A stretch of 64,000 nucleotides of DNA from Basidiobolus meristosporus CBS 931.73 (lineage: Eukaryota; Fungi; Basidiobolomycota), in NCBI GenBank assembly GCA_002104905.1, contig MCFE01000078.1, forward strand, positions 1 to 64,000, in the 5' to 3' direction. The notes under the pieces were generated by a model. That model was not told the origin of the DNA and did no database searches. It worked only from the letters and a program-made list of their open reading frames with translations. Shown piece after piece: positions 50,337 to 62,563 of the stretch (its first letter is position 1; the number at the start of each line of letters is the position of its first letter). The translations under genes and the position numbers were made by a program.

Positions 50337-53300
50337 TTAGCTAAGAATTTCTAAGAGAGCAGGACGGCATGACATATTAGTAGTTCCCCGGATCAGAACA
50401 AACTGCTTCAACGATCTGTTATAAACAGCGGCAAAAGATTAATTGACGCGCCTACAAGTGCTTGAATATAAGCCTACCTTTGTCTAGTCTGATAGAGTTT
50501 ATGAAGTCCGGTTGTGGAGCAACATCCAATGGCGAACCCTTGTCCTTGTGTGAATGAATATCGCCCGTTAGTGACATATCCAATGATCGACTCGGAAGAA
50601 GGAATCGTGTTTGGCTATTGCAATGGTTAGTACGATGATTGTGCGGCTATACACAGTAAATTGAACGTACAACGGGGTTTTCCCGGGAGAATTCGACTTG
50701 CTTCTTCAAAGAAAGATGCTTCTCCCACGCGTCGTAATCCGTATTCGATGGGACATAGATCAGAGAGTGAGATCCAGGTGTTCCACGATCCAGCATTTTG
50801 ATTCTTACACAAACGACAGCTCTCTGAGCATCTGGCACTTCCTCCAATTTGATACCGCGAGTCTCAGTGGCATTAGTGATATTCTCAAGAAGTTTCTTGT
50901 TGATGATATCAAAGGAGGTATTCAAATTTGACTCCTCGAACCCACCTCTCAGAAGAGAGGTTGCTTTCTTGCCTCGAAGTATCCAGAGCTTGTCTTTGGA
51001 TGTAGGTTGCTTGCTTCCTACCAATAAATGGAAGGGCGCTTCGAATGGATGCTCAATCTTTAGTTTTTCATAATTGGGCCTCTTGGCCGGAGGTTTTTTG
51101 TTAAACATTTCCTCTGCCTTGGCTTTATGTTTGTCGCTAAATTCACGGTAGGCTTTGGTTCCAGGATAATCGTAAGGGAAGCATGGTAGACCAGCCTCAA
51201 AATGCATGGCATCACGTTCACGAAGTCCTACATCAAATAATATGTTATACAACTAAAGTAGCAGTATGAATGAGATATCCAACTAACCTCCAAATCGAGC
51301 ACCAGCAAATATGAACGATTTCCAGAAAGCCATCCCCCAGCCTGAAGGGATTATCAAATTCCAGCCATTGCTCCATTCTGGCGAAGACAAAGAATTGGTT
51401 GTGAATGCCAATCCATTTCGTTGAATCAGCAAAATAGGGATCTTGGCATCATAAATTTCGGGCTTGAGCTTGGTTCCAGGTATCAGGTTCTGTAGAAAAT
51501 ACGTCAGGATCTGGCTCGAGGCAAAGTAATTACATGTAGGATTACATCATTTCGACGTTGATTCAATTTTTCCTCGGATATCATCTCGGAAATCAACTTT
51601 CTTCTAGTCTCCGAATTCCAGATATCGGAATCTGCAACATTGTCAGGCCACTCATTCAATATGTGATTGAGATCATCAACTTTATCCTGAGGGGTATCTT
51701 CATAGCGAGAAGGGACTTTTTGAGGAAATCTATGGAAAAAGGAAAGCATCAAATGAGACAAGCGAATCGTGAGGAAATATGCGTTCGCTACTTACTGAAG
51801 ACGAGGATCATCTACAAGAAGGCCGAGGACACAACCAGGCGGAAGTGAGGAAGTAGAGCGAAGGCAGGACAACTTCTTCCAGACCTAGAAATTTTATAAC
51901 ACGTTAGAAAAAGCATTTGAAAACCAACACAAGATAAACTACCTCTGCATTTAAGCTCTCGCCAGATACTGAGAAAACTGCATCAAGAAGTGCTTGCGTT
52001 CTTGGTCCAGTTAATTCAAATTGAACCAGTTCATCACGAAGATCTTCAATTTCAATATCTATATGGTATACGTATTAATTCAGCCGTATCAAACGAGAGT
52101 CCAAGCTGCAATGTACCATCAGATAACTCTAGCTTCTCTATAGCATCCAGGAGAGCTTCATAGCTCTCCTCATAAGTGGAGGGATGAACCCACATCCAGA
52201 CGAATCTCTTGTTTGAATTTTGAGAAACTGGACGCCAGATTAACGTAACTGGACATATAGCAGCTGACGGATAGCCCATATATCTATACAAAAAAGTAGA
52301 GCATTGACGCTTGCCAGTATTGTATCTAATTCCCCCAACTGATGGGCCATTGGGGTCGGTAAGTGAGTTCAAGACATGTGTGATAGCCTTCTCGGAGCCA
52401 GAGAGCTGAATACAGCCAAAGTAAGATGCATCGTGAATCAATGATAAATATGAACTGGCTTTATACGAGCTTCGAATGCTTTTTTCGTTCGGGTGTTCCG
52501 CCTAGGTAGAGTAAGGGGAATTAGCGCTAATCGGTATGTGGATTTAATGCTGCTATCTGCTGGTCTACCAATCTATATCCCCATCTTTCGACCATCTTTG
52601 CTCTTTTTGAATGCCAGATGTGAGTTTCCAACCACCTCTTATTTACTAGCGACAAGGCGTTAGAATTTCACCGTATATGCGGTAATCATCTTTCATCTAC
52701 CTTGTCTTCGTTTGTATTCGTCCATGATGGATCCCGGTCGCCTCTTTTTGCGCCGGCTCGGTCCTTTCTTGCTGATTGTATTATCATTTGCCATCTAGAC
52801 GCAGCACAAAGATTGATTATGTAAGATATCCTGAGAAAAGTTCAGTTCGGAAGGTTGAATAATTACTTCTCTCAGAGCTTTTTCTCTCAGTCTAACGGGA
52901 AGTCTCTTGACATTGTGACTGGCTGCTCTTCTACGAAGGTGCCGAGGAAGACTTTGAAAAGCACGTTGAACAGCCCCTTCCCTGATTTTTTTAAATGCTA
53001 GGCATGAGCATCAGCGCATAGCAACAAAGTTGGAAAACTCACTTAGCGCGACGGATGGCATTTTGCATAGCATTAATTTCAAAAGAGCGCGCCTAATAGT
53101 AAGATATGCCACGGTTGGGTTGAAGGTGAGTTCTAGAACGGATAGGTCGTATATTACCAAAATATTGGCAACGAACCTCGGCGAAATCAACCACATCAAT
53201 AGTTCGTGGTGCTCTTCCGATTTGCGTTTCAATTCTTCTCGATTCTTGGTTGCGAGCTTAAAAATCACATTCCAATAGGTAAATAACTTTCTATCGAAAC

Positions 53301-53398
53301 AGTCCAACTGCGGTATATAAATCACCTCGCTTCTTTTCCCTTCCGGTTAACTCGGAAGGATTAACATTCCTTTTCATTCCTCGTTTATCATCGGACAT
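50337..53398 (-). CDS. POP1: RNase P/MRP protein subunit Pop1
   Basis: RAFQSLPRHLRRRAASHNVKRLP, HDASYFGCIQLSG, WMWVHPS, POPLD domain (GLRERDAMHFEAGLPCFPYDYPGT), C-terminal IIGYVTNGRYSFTQGQGFAIG; multi-exon. Confidence 0.93.
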
Positions 53399-54032
53399 AT
53401 CCAGAACGTGTGATAAAGAAACCAAGTATTCAGATTGACACAAATAATCTATTTTTTTGTCTAGTGAATTCCACTCGATCCGAATTTTGGTAAGATTTTA
53501 CCAGTAAAAAGAGTGCCGGAAGAAAATCTTTTTTTTTGAATCTGGTCTGTTTGATGTTTAATGGTTTAGCTTGAATGACATAAAACAAATGAACAATAGA
53601 AACAGTTAAGCCAACCGGTTCACCATATCGTCATATCGTCATAATGTTATACTTGACAACTATCAAGAAACACGACCTAGTCTAGAAATGCCAATGCCAG
53701 GAACAGGGACTTGTACAACAGAAACCAATATTCATTTCAGGATAGTCAGTTATGCTGCAGACCCGAAAAGTGCGATACATTGACCAGTATGAAGACTGGG
53801 CGCCAATCATGTCCCAACCTTTCTGCATATTTCCTGGTGTAGACTTCAATATATTGTGTATAATATCCTACAAATCATACCATCTTAATCCCATACACCT
53901 AAAACAACTGTAATTTCCATCCAGTATCATTCATAATGGTAGACTGTTAATCGCATCGATGAAAAGTTGATCATCTCCGTATGAACTTTCAGTGATAGCA
54001 TAGCCTACCATTGCAGCAAGTGAGCCATCACA

Positions 54033-57000
54033 ATGAGTTCAGAATCAAACGTCGCAGAATTGCGTGCAGGATTAGTGTCTCTTAGAGCAATAATAAGCAA
54101 GCCAAAAACGCCCCTTCAGGCTGTTCGCGACAGTTTAAGGGAGCCACTTCAGTTCCTGGGCAAAGATAGAAGTCCAGTTATACCTCTAAAGCATCTACCT
54201 TCGCCTACCCCTTTTCTTCAAAGGTATTTCCTAGACCGCCTACTTCCAGGATTTCAAGACTTCCTTTTGGAAAATGTTGTTGAGGACTGGCTAGTGATTT
54301 TTGACGAAGCAGAGCGGAAGAGTTTATTCGATAATTATTTTGTTGGTTCAGAAGAGTGTGGAGCATACAACAAAATCATCGCTTTCTACGCTATTCAACG
54401 ATTGGCGAAAATCAGTAGCAGAAAAGCTTCTTTACACACGCACGTAATTACAACTGTTCTCAGGTTACTACGTACAATATTTACGAGATACACGATCATC
54501 GACTTCTTGCAAGTTTTAGAAGAAGATTTTGATAAAAGTAGAGAACAGATCCGTTGGCTACAATACCAAGATTTTATAAGCTTGGTATGCTCCATACCAA
54601 CCAGAATGGCAAATATGTTAAGCGGAAATATCCCAGAGTTATTTCGCTCAGAGTATCTTTTTTGTAGATATATTGGTTTTCATCAATCCACAGCCTTGCA
54701 GCCTTAACTCTATTTTTGCAAAAGAGTATTTATTACTACGATTCTACAACAATGTGACACGGCAATCGTATGGTATGCCAAGCAAGAATTAACTGGTATA
54801 TTGCTACTCTGGCATTCTAGGGTGATAACCGTGATAGTAAATTACATTTGCCATAGTCAAACGGGCCACCTGGGTCAGTAAATGTATTGGTGAGCTGTAT
54901 CAGAAGATAGGGCGCCTGGGTCATGGAAGTAAGTATTTCTTATGATGATTGTTGAGGAGATTTGTATTCAAAAATCGAAAAATTTAAACCCAGAGCTCTT
55001 TGGGAGCACCCTATACTCTGGTATGAGGAGGAATTTCCTAAGTGTATACTCTGCTAACTACCGAGCCATTTATGAAAGAGTACTGGTGAGCATGAGTGAG
55101 CTCGAAGTGGACAAGTTTTTGGATTCACTGTTGAGATATTCGGTTCTACACGAGTCACACTGCCTTCAGGGTACGTCTAACAACCGAACTTTTTCTCCAG
55201 TTAGCTTACTAGTATATTTGCACAGAACAAGCGAGCGCCGTAACTAACAGCCTGGTAGTCAAACGGGTGGCAAATTTCTTTTCCACTCTCCTACAGCGAT
55301 TTCTGTTTGAAGTGGATTTGCAAGAGGATGAGATATTATGCTCTGAGAATATCAAATTCTTGTTCACTGAGAAGTACTTCATCAACCGCACTTTTGAAGC
55401 TGAGGCTTTACGTGCTCAGATATGTGTATTATCAGGATATCCGGACATTGCAGCGAATCCAAGTAATCAGCCATTTAAAGAATTGAGATTTGAACTCATC
55501 TAACTCTCGTCTAGCAAAACCACTCCTTAAGAAGACTTTCATGAAACTGCTTAAGACATGGACTGATCCGATCTTTATTCAGCATAGTGCAATGAAGCAG
55601 CATCTATGTAAGCTATTGATTCCATTTTCATTTCCGACCTGTGCGTAATCCATCATTCTGTCCACTATCTAGATATTACCATGGCCATACTGATTACACT
55701 AGGCTATCTCGAGAGGTCTGAGATCGAAGAGCTAAATGCTGCAAGCGTGTTTATGCCCGGAGTTACTCGTTACTTGGGAAATACAAATCCTTCAGTACGC
55801 AAATATGGAATGGTACAGCTCAGCCAACAAGCATTTACAACAATTCCGTTCGTCAAGCTTACGGTTTGAATCAGGTTACTGCGGAGATACTTGCAAAGAA
55901 AATAAGCGCCAATATGGATTCCTCAAAGCCACTTGATTTTGGATTAGATGAAAATGACACGGAAATCCATATGCTCAGGACGCTAGCTGAGTTACCTGAC
56001 GGTCTAATTTCGGAAGAGGATTCTGGTAAATTATTCAATGCAACAACCATTTGAATCACACCTATAGCTGACAAATATTCTCCCAACAAATAGACCACAA
56101 GGGCGAGCAAGAGCTGGATGCTGATACACATAGTGAGAGAGATGTTAGCGTTAGTGGTGAGAATTCCGATGATGAGTGGGACCCTGACAGTACAGAGATT
56201 CTAGAGCTGGGTATTACTACTTCCGTTTGGAGTTGTGGTATTGCAGAGTCTAACCTTTTGGAAGATCCAGATGAAGAGGAACAACTTGATGAAGACGATG
56301 ATCTAGAACCTTATCCTATGGAATCCGAAGATGAAGATGAAGGCATCGGAAAGAACAAGCTGAAAAAACCCAAGTACTCTCTATTTCGTGTCAATTGAAC
56401 ATTTCCTGAACACAGCCTCATTTCAATCCATCAAGATACTTGTCCGAGTGCTTAAGTTATCTAAAAGCTGACGAGGAGCCGGATAAAATCGAAACTGGGT
56501 TAGATATAGCCGCGGATATGATACAAAATGCCACTGAGCACGAACTAAGTAAGCCAAAAACACAGACGTTTTCTAGGATAATACTGACATGTTTGCTTTA
56601 GGTGTCTATGGACAACAATTCGCAGGAAAACTTCTACGACTACAAGACACATACGAGTTACCAAATTTCGAAAAGAACCGTACACATGCCCTAATAATGC
56701 TAATAGTGATGTGCCCAAATATCACAAATAGCTATCTGATAGAGCAATTCTATGAACGCGATTATTCGATGTCTCAGCGCTTCCTGATCTTGAACTGTCT
56801 AGTAATAGCAGCACAAAGATTATCTGAGATCACCAAGAATGATGAGACATCTTCGGTAAATACATGAACAACTTCACGCGATACACTTACTAAACAGCAT
56901 TCTCTAGAAGAAATCGGAAAACACTATCGAGTATGACGAGAAAATGCTGGATGCTATGGTGAAGGATATACAAAATATAGGGATAGGAAATGGAAAAACA

Positions 57001-57704
57001 GTGTGGGCCTCTAGACGCCAAGAAGTAGAGAGAAATAGAGGGCCACCAAGCAAAAATAGATTTGCCCAAGTGACCGGTAGATATTTCTTCTTCCCATTGA
57101 TTCACGGGGTAGGAGCGTCTGCAAGGTAACCGATTTTTTTGGTATTATCTCGTAAGGCAATTTCATTGATCATAAAAATCACCAGTGATATTTTCAATGT
57201 TCTTGGCCATCCGGTTCTACTGGAAAAATTCGTCACAACATTGGCCACGATTCTCTATTTATCTGGTAAGTTATTTCATTGCAACTCAGACATCGCCCTT
57301 GGGGCTAATATGAAATCAACCAGCTGGTGCACCTGATTTTTCGAAAATGTGTAGAGAATTCTGGGATTTCTCAAGGTCATTACAGCATTATACTCACGAG
57401 GGCGTGATCTCGGGCGTGATATTTGGCTTATTGGCGATTGTAACGATATTACCCGGAAATACTCTGGTTCACGAGTATCCCAGAGAGCTGAGCGAAGTAA
57501 AGGAATGGGCCACCGGTAAAGACGATTGTTTCAAGATCGCTTTTTTATATATTCTCACAACCCATGTAATGCTTGTTAGGTTTGTTTGACAAAACCCAGA
57601 ACGAAAAGTTGAAATCACAATGCTTAGGCTTGCTGATGAAATTTCAACAAATTATATCCGAATACCAGAGAGAGCTCTTTGTAGAGGCTGGTGTTGTGAT
57701 GTAA
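54033..57704 (+). CDS. TEL2: TTT-complex subunit Tel2
   Basis: S(I)PTRMAN, GVTRYL..VRKYGM, acidic DEDDDLEPYPMESEDED segment, PKYLSECLSYL, RLQDTYELPNFEK.R..AL, YSMSQRFLILNCL, NRFAQV..YFFFPL; many short introns. Confidence 0.88.
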
Positions 57705-58294
57705 AGCCGGGTTTCTAGAAATCAACTTCACTTGACACCATCCTAACTATCCAATCAATAAAGAATGAACTAGTCATAGATAACTTGGGCTCAGATATTT
57801 CCAAACAATGGATCAGACTAGTGTATGACAGTTGTGTTTTCGCACATGAAGTGTGTGGCGAAAGCAAATAGGCCTTGAAATAGATTAGTGAAAGCCTCCA
57901 AACAAGACATTACACATTATCTAGACTAGCGTCTGCTTTGCCAAGATTTTAGTGGGCCGACGTGGATTCGCACAGTATTAGAAGACGAATTGGCATGCCA
58001 TTGAAAACTAAACGAATGTGTTTCAGCCGGGATTTACTGTTAGCAAAGGATTCTTGTTCGCAATCAGAGTGCCCAAACTAGACAAAATACTGACTGGTGA
58101 GATTAGAAGATCACGTTCCAAAGGGATATGTAGGCTTGATGAGAAAGCTGAGACAACGTACGAACTCCATTTGGCGGATCCTGTTTCACGCCTCTACAAT
58201 TCCGATGTGACCAGTGCTTCACTTACAATTTAAAAGTGGCCTGGAGGACTTCGGGATGGCAACGCTCTATATCGAGAACAATTCGCTCATCATC

Positions 58295-59602
58295 ATGCAT
58301 TTATCGATCGCTAGAATCATTACCTACTCGATGTATACTTTTTTAGTGCTGTTATTTTTCCATGGAGTCTGCAGTGAACGAGATTTTGACCAAAACGCAG
58401 CAGACGGGGAAATTGATGAAGAGCAGGTCAATCAAGCACTGGAGCTAGCAAGAGCCCTTTTGGGTGCCCAAGAGGCTGAAAATGTCGAGCAAGACCCGCC
58501 CAAGGTAGCCTTGGCGCTAGATCCTAGGCAAAAGGTCTTCGACCCTGAAGAACCTCCAGTAGCTGACTACGAACAAGATTCAGATGACAATTCCGATATG
58601 GAGGATTCAGAATCCGAGGAACCCGAACAAGTGGTCGAGTTTGAACAATATCCCTCACCTAACAGATATGTCGATTCGTATGTCACATATCAACGACCCA
58701 GGATTAGACGAGAATTTTCTTACAGACCGAATTACTACTACCCAAAACAAGCGGCCTACCGTCGCCAGAGCCAACCACATCTCGCAAGCCCTGCAGCTGG
58801 TTATGCATATCGTGGTCCTTATTACTCAAGACAAGTGCCACGTTATCTACCCAGAGTTTCATATCGCCCATCAGCTCCATATGCAGACTATCCACTCAAT
58901 CCAAAGGTGAACTACAGGAGAATAACTGAGACAAACAACCAAGATGTATCCTCCTCACGACTAATGCAATCCATTTCCACTCTTCGTCAAGAAATCAGAA
59001 GACTAAGATTGAATAATAGAATGGCAAAGCAAACAGTGGCCGACCTACAGCAAACTACGAAGGATGTCGAGGAGCTCAAAGCAATTGTGAAGCGAATCTT
59101 GACTAATCAAAAAGCCACACCCTCTTTTCCACCCCTAGAACCAGGGAAAACGGATAGCCCAAAGCCCCTTGTCGACTCCCTACAGGGTCAGAAGCCCAGT
59201 ATATACTCGGATGTGGTCAATTATTATGCGAAGTTGGGGATGAAGGATTTTGATCTGTACTCTGAACCATGGAAAAAACCCCAAGCATCCAAGCAACCAC
59301 CAACCCTCTCCAAGAGTAGCCTAAATCTGATCTCGCTACCAAAAGAATTGCAGAAGAAGCTGGATACTTCCAAACTGCTGCCCAGTCCAGGAGGCTACCT
59401 TACTGGAGACGGATTTGTGTACAAAGATGGGTATTGGTACAAAGATGGGTATTGGTACAAAGACGGGTATTGGTATAAGGACGGGTACTATTGGGAGGAT
59501 GGCAAATGGTATAATAGCGTTACTGAGGTGATTCCTCAGAAGAACTGTACATCTACCCTACCCTGTCGACTGGGGTTTCCGCCCGAAACTCCGACACTGT
59601 AA
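58295..59602 (+). CDS. Uncharacterised, probably secreted Tyr/Arg/Pro-rich protein with a coiled coil and C-terminal YKDGYW repeats, intronless
   Basis: Long open frame. Hydrophobic signal-like segment (MYTFLVLLFFHGVCS, alternative ATG at 58331), acidic block, Y/R/P-rich block, heptad segment (ISTLRQEIRRLRL..VEELKAIV), then tandem repeats. Confidence 0.75.
   Translation: MHLSIARIITYSMYTFLVLLFFHGVCSERDFDQNAADGEIDEEQVNQALELARALLGAQEAENVEQDPPKVALALDPRQKVFDPEEPPVADYEQDSDDNSDMEDSESEEPEQVVEFEQYPSPNRYVDSYVTYQRPRIRREFSYRPNYYYPKQAAYRRQSQPHLASPAAGYAYRGPYYSRQVPRYLPRVSYRPSAPYADYPLNPKVNYRRITETNNQDVSSSRLMQSISTLRQEIRRLRLNNRMAKQTVADLQQTTKDVEELKAIVKRILTNQKATPSFPPLEPGKTDSPKPLVDSLQGQKPSIYSDVVNYYAKLGMKDFDLYSEPWKKPQASKQPPTLSKSSLNLISLPKELQKKLDTSKLLPSPGGYLTGDGFVYKDGYWYKDGYWYKDGYWYKDGYYWEDGKWYNSVTEVIPQKNCTSTLPCRLGFPPETPTL
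59420..59491 (+). repeat. Coding 18-nt tandem repeat x4 (YKDGYW)
   Basis: TACAAAGATGGGTATTGG x2, TACAAAGACGGGTATTGG, TATAAGGACGGGTACTAT. Third-position variation among copies. Confidence 0.95.
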
Positions 59603-60856
59603 CCACGCTGGGCTAGGTTTTTTATTTAGCGAACAATATCCTAATGCAAGTCCAATTCTACATACATAAAATGGCATTTATAATAAAACCCTACCATCAT
59701 TCTCGTAGCTGATGTACTGTTGAGAGGGATGCACACCATATGCAAGTTTGCTGTCCAACTGCTCTCTACAGTCGCTGTGATGATGTGTCACGACACTGAA
59801 ACAAACCACAATGACCAATGCACAAACAAGATTCATTGTTTACAACTGATGGAGCAGAGACAGGTTATTTACATCGATGCAAAGCACGTGGTGTAAAATT
59901 CATTATGTATTGCCGAAGAATATTGCTGCCACTTGGATGAATAGCCAGATTTCTATTTATATCCCTGGAGCTTTTGAATAGGTATATTTATATGCATGTA
60001 GAGCAGTACCAATGGGATTGTGGGCCACTTTCAGATTAATGCTTAGAGGATCCTATCGTGACCAGAGCTGTTGGTACAGCTGTATAATCAGCGAGGAGCA
60101 CGAATGGGCATCCTCCCCAAACGCTCCTTATGAAACCACCATATGGACATGTGTTGTACGCAAATTTGATCAGCAGAAAATCTCGAGCAGCATAGAGATT
60201 GTCGATTTCTACTTTGGCGAGAACAACCATACCTGGCAATGCAAACCCGTGCAAATACCCGATATTATGCAACTAAGGCGTGGCGAAGATAGTCGAGGCT
60301 ACGGGTAGACCTGATCACCATTGAAATTTGTTTGCTAGAAATCGCTAAATAAAGTATTGAAGAACCAGAGCCCAGTGGAGCTGTGACCTAGATGTATTGG
60401 TGTAACCAAAGTGGGAGATACGGTACAAAACCTTCAAAAGTTGCTATCGATTGTGAAATTCCTGGAGGCTCCAACTGAGAGTAGTGAAATGAACTCACCC
60501 AACCATATTGCTTACAGAAAGTCCCGTAGCACCTTCTGATGTATGTATCAACATTCTCGTCAATGACCCATTAGTATAGCATCAGCGTAATACAGAGTGC
60601 TCTTACTTGATAAACTCCTCGAATACTCGCCGGTCATTGCAACCGGCTGAGCATAACATAAATCTAGGGACCACCTTCAATGGTACCCCAATTGATAATT
60701 CCCATGTTGTTTCAGAGATGATGTGGGTAACACCAAGACTTAATAAAGTTTCGTTCCGCTCTGTTGATATCAGCATTGGGTTTATAAATTGCCCGGATCG
60801 CTTCACTAGTAACCTCATCCAGCCTTCTACAACTATCATACTCCGTAGCATCCCAT

Positions 60857-61876
60857 ATGGCTATGGCGAACACTGGCGACGAGACTCACAATGCAGAACC
60901 TCATGATTTTATGAGCTTCGATGAGCAGAGTGGAGTTCCGTTGTTTACTCAATTGACTATCAATTTTATGAAGACCGGCCCATCCTACGAGACTGCTCTA
61001 GCGTATGTTCCTCGCGATAACGATGTTTTTGTTACTACTTACGCTAGATCAGGGACCACCATGATCTTACAAACGGTGTATCAAATGGTGACCGGAGGAG
61101 ACATGAATTTCAAAGAAATGAACGAAGTAGTTCCTTGGATTGAAGTGTGCTCAATGCTGGGGCAGAAGTTGAACGATGATTTTCCGAAGACAAACCCTCG
61201 CGTTTTCAAAACTCACCTATCGTTCGACGAGATTCCAAAGCGAGTTGGAGGGCAGCAGAAGTATATCTACATGTATCGCAACCCTGAGGATGTTGTAGTG
61301 TCCTATTTCCATTTCATCACCCCTATCCTTTACGCCGGCCGGGAGCCAGATTTCGAAGACACTTTCAATGGCTTCTTGTATCAGCCATCAGAAGATGAAA
61401 GCCCAAATTACTTCCGCAACGTTGCCTCCTGGTTGGAGCACCTGAATGATCCTAACGTATTGGTGCTCATATATGAAGATACACGCAAAGATCGTGAGCT
61501 GACTCTCAAACGGATTGCCAAATTCTTGTCCACATCTGAGCATGAATACCCAACAAATCCCCAAGATCCACTATTTGAGATGGTGATGGAGCGTTCGAGC
61601 TTCGAATACATGAAGAAACACGAGTCACATTTCGGTGATCGCATGATCCATGTGGATCTTAAGGGTATGCCAAAGGCATGGTACAATATGCCCCAGAAAA
61701 TCCGCACCGGAGCAGGATCCAATGATCACTATCTCAACGATAGCAAGCGTGAACAAATTCGGAAGGTGTGGGGGAAATGGGTAGGCTCAGCGTTGGGTCT
61801 GGGAGAGGAGGCCACCTATGAGGATGTGAACAATGTGGTTCGCAAAAGCTTCGCTGCCAAAGGGTTGGAATTCTAA
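60857..61876 (+). CDS. Cytosolic-type PAPS-dependent sulfotransferase (Sulfotransfer_1-like), intronless
   Basis: PRDNDVFVTTYARSGTT (5'-PSB loop), VVPWIE, PRVFKTHL (catalytic His), YMYRNPEDVVVSYFHF (3'-PB), W, YED..D..LKRIAKFL, SSFEYMK, KIRTG. Confidence 0.9.
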   Translation: MAMANTGDETHNAEPHDFMSFDEQSGVPLFTQLTINFMKTGPSYETALAYVPRDNDVFVTTYARSGTTMILQTVYQMVTGGDMNFKEMNEVVPWIEVCSMLGQKLNDDFPKTNPRVFKTHLSFDEIPKRVGGQQKYIYMYRNPEDVVVSYFHFITPILYAGREPDFEDTFNGFLYQPSEDESPNYFRNVASWLEHLNDPNVLVLIYEDTRKDRELTLKRIAKFLSTSEHEYPTNPQDPLFEMVMERSSFEYMKKHESHFGDRMIHVDLKGMPKAWYNMPQKIRTGAGSNDHYLNDSKREQIRKVWGKWVGSALGLGEEATYEDVNNVVRKSFAAKGLEF

Positions 61877-62563
61877 TATCCAGAAAACCATACACAACAT
61901 ACACAGGTTTCATATAAGCATCTACCTGGTGTCTGTCTAATAAATTCTCTTCAAACCCGAGACGGGTATTTTGCTGCTTGATCAATATGCGTATAGTTCC
62001 AACTCCATACTGGCTGCATTTTTCCGCCAACTGCCGAAGGTTGTACATTACTTATAATCCTACACCCATCTACTGTGCTGGGCAGTGTAACATGACGAAT
62101 GGAGCCTTATCACCACTTGCTTGATGTCATTTCTAGGCCTTAATAGTAGGGCTGGTTCTAAATTTGGACGCCAATGATAATTCTGGATATAATCATTCAT
62201 TTTCGTAAGTTGACGTGCTACGATCCATATTAATGGCGATGGCTCATACGTTTATTTATTCTTGGCGTATATTATTGACCTTACCCTGCCTTATCTAAAC
62301 AATCGTGGAGTCGAGGCTGGCCAATACGAAAGCCTGAAATGCTAATTTGTTTCTCAATATTTATTAGACAATATTAATAGCAGGTGTAACGATTAATTAT
62401 TGGACATTTAGTAGACAAGTTGGGTTGACATACCAATTTCGAGAGAGGATATCAAAGAAAGGAACAAGGAGTCGGATGAGATTAAGGAAAAATACAATAG
62501 AAAGAGTGGGAGGGATTGTGAAATGCCAAAGAAATAAAATATCTATGCTATTATATTATGGGA

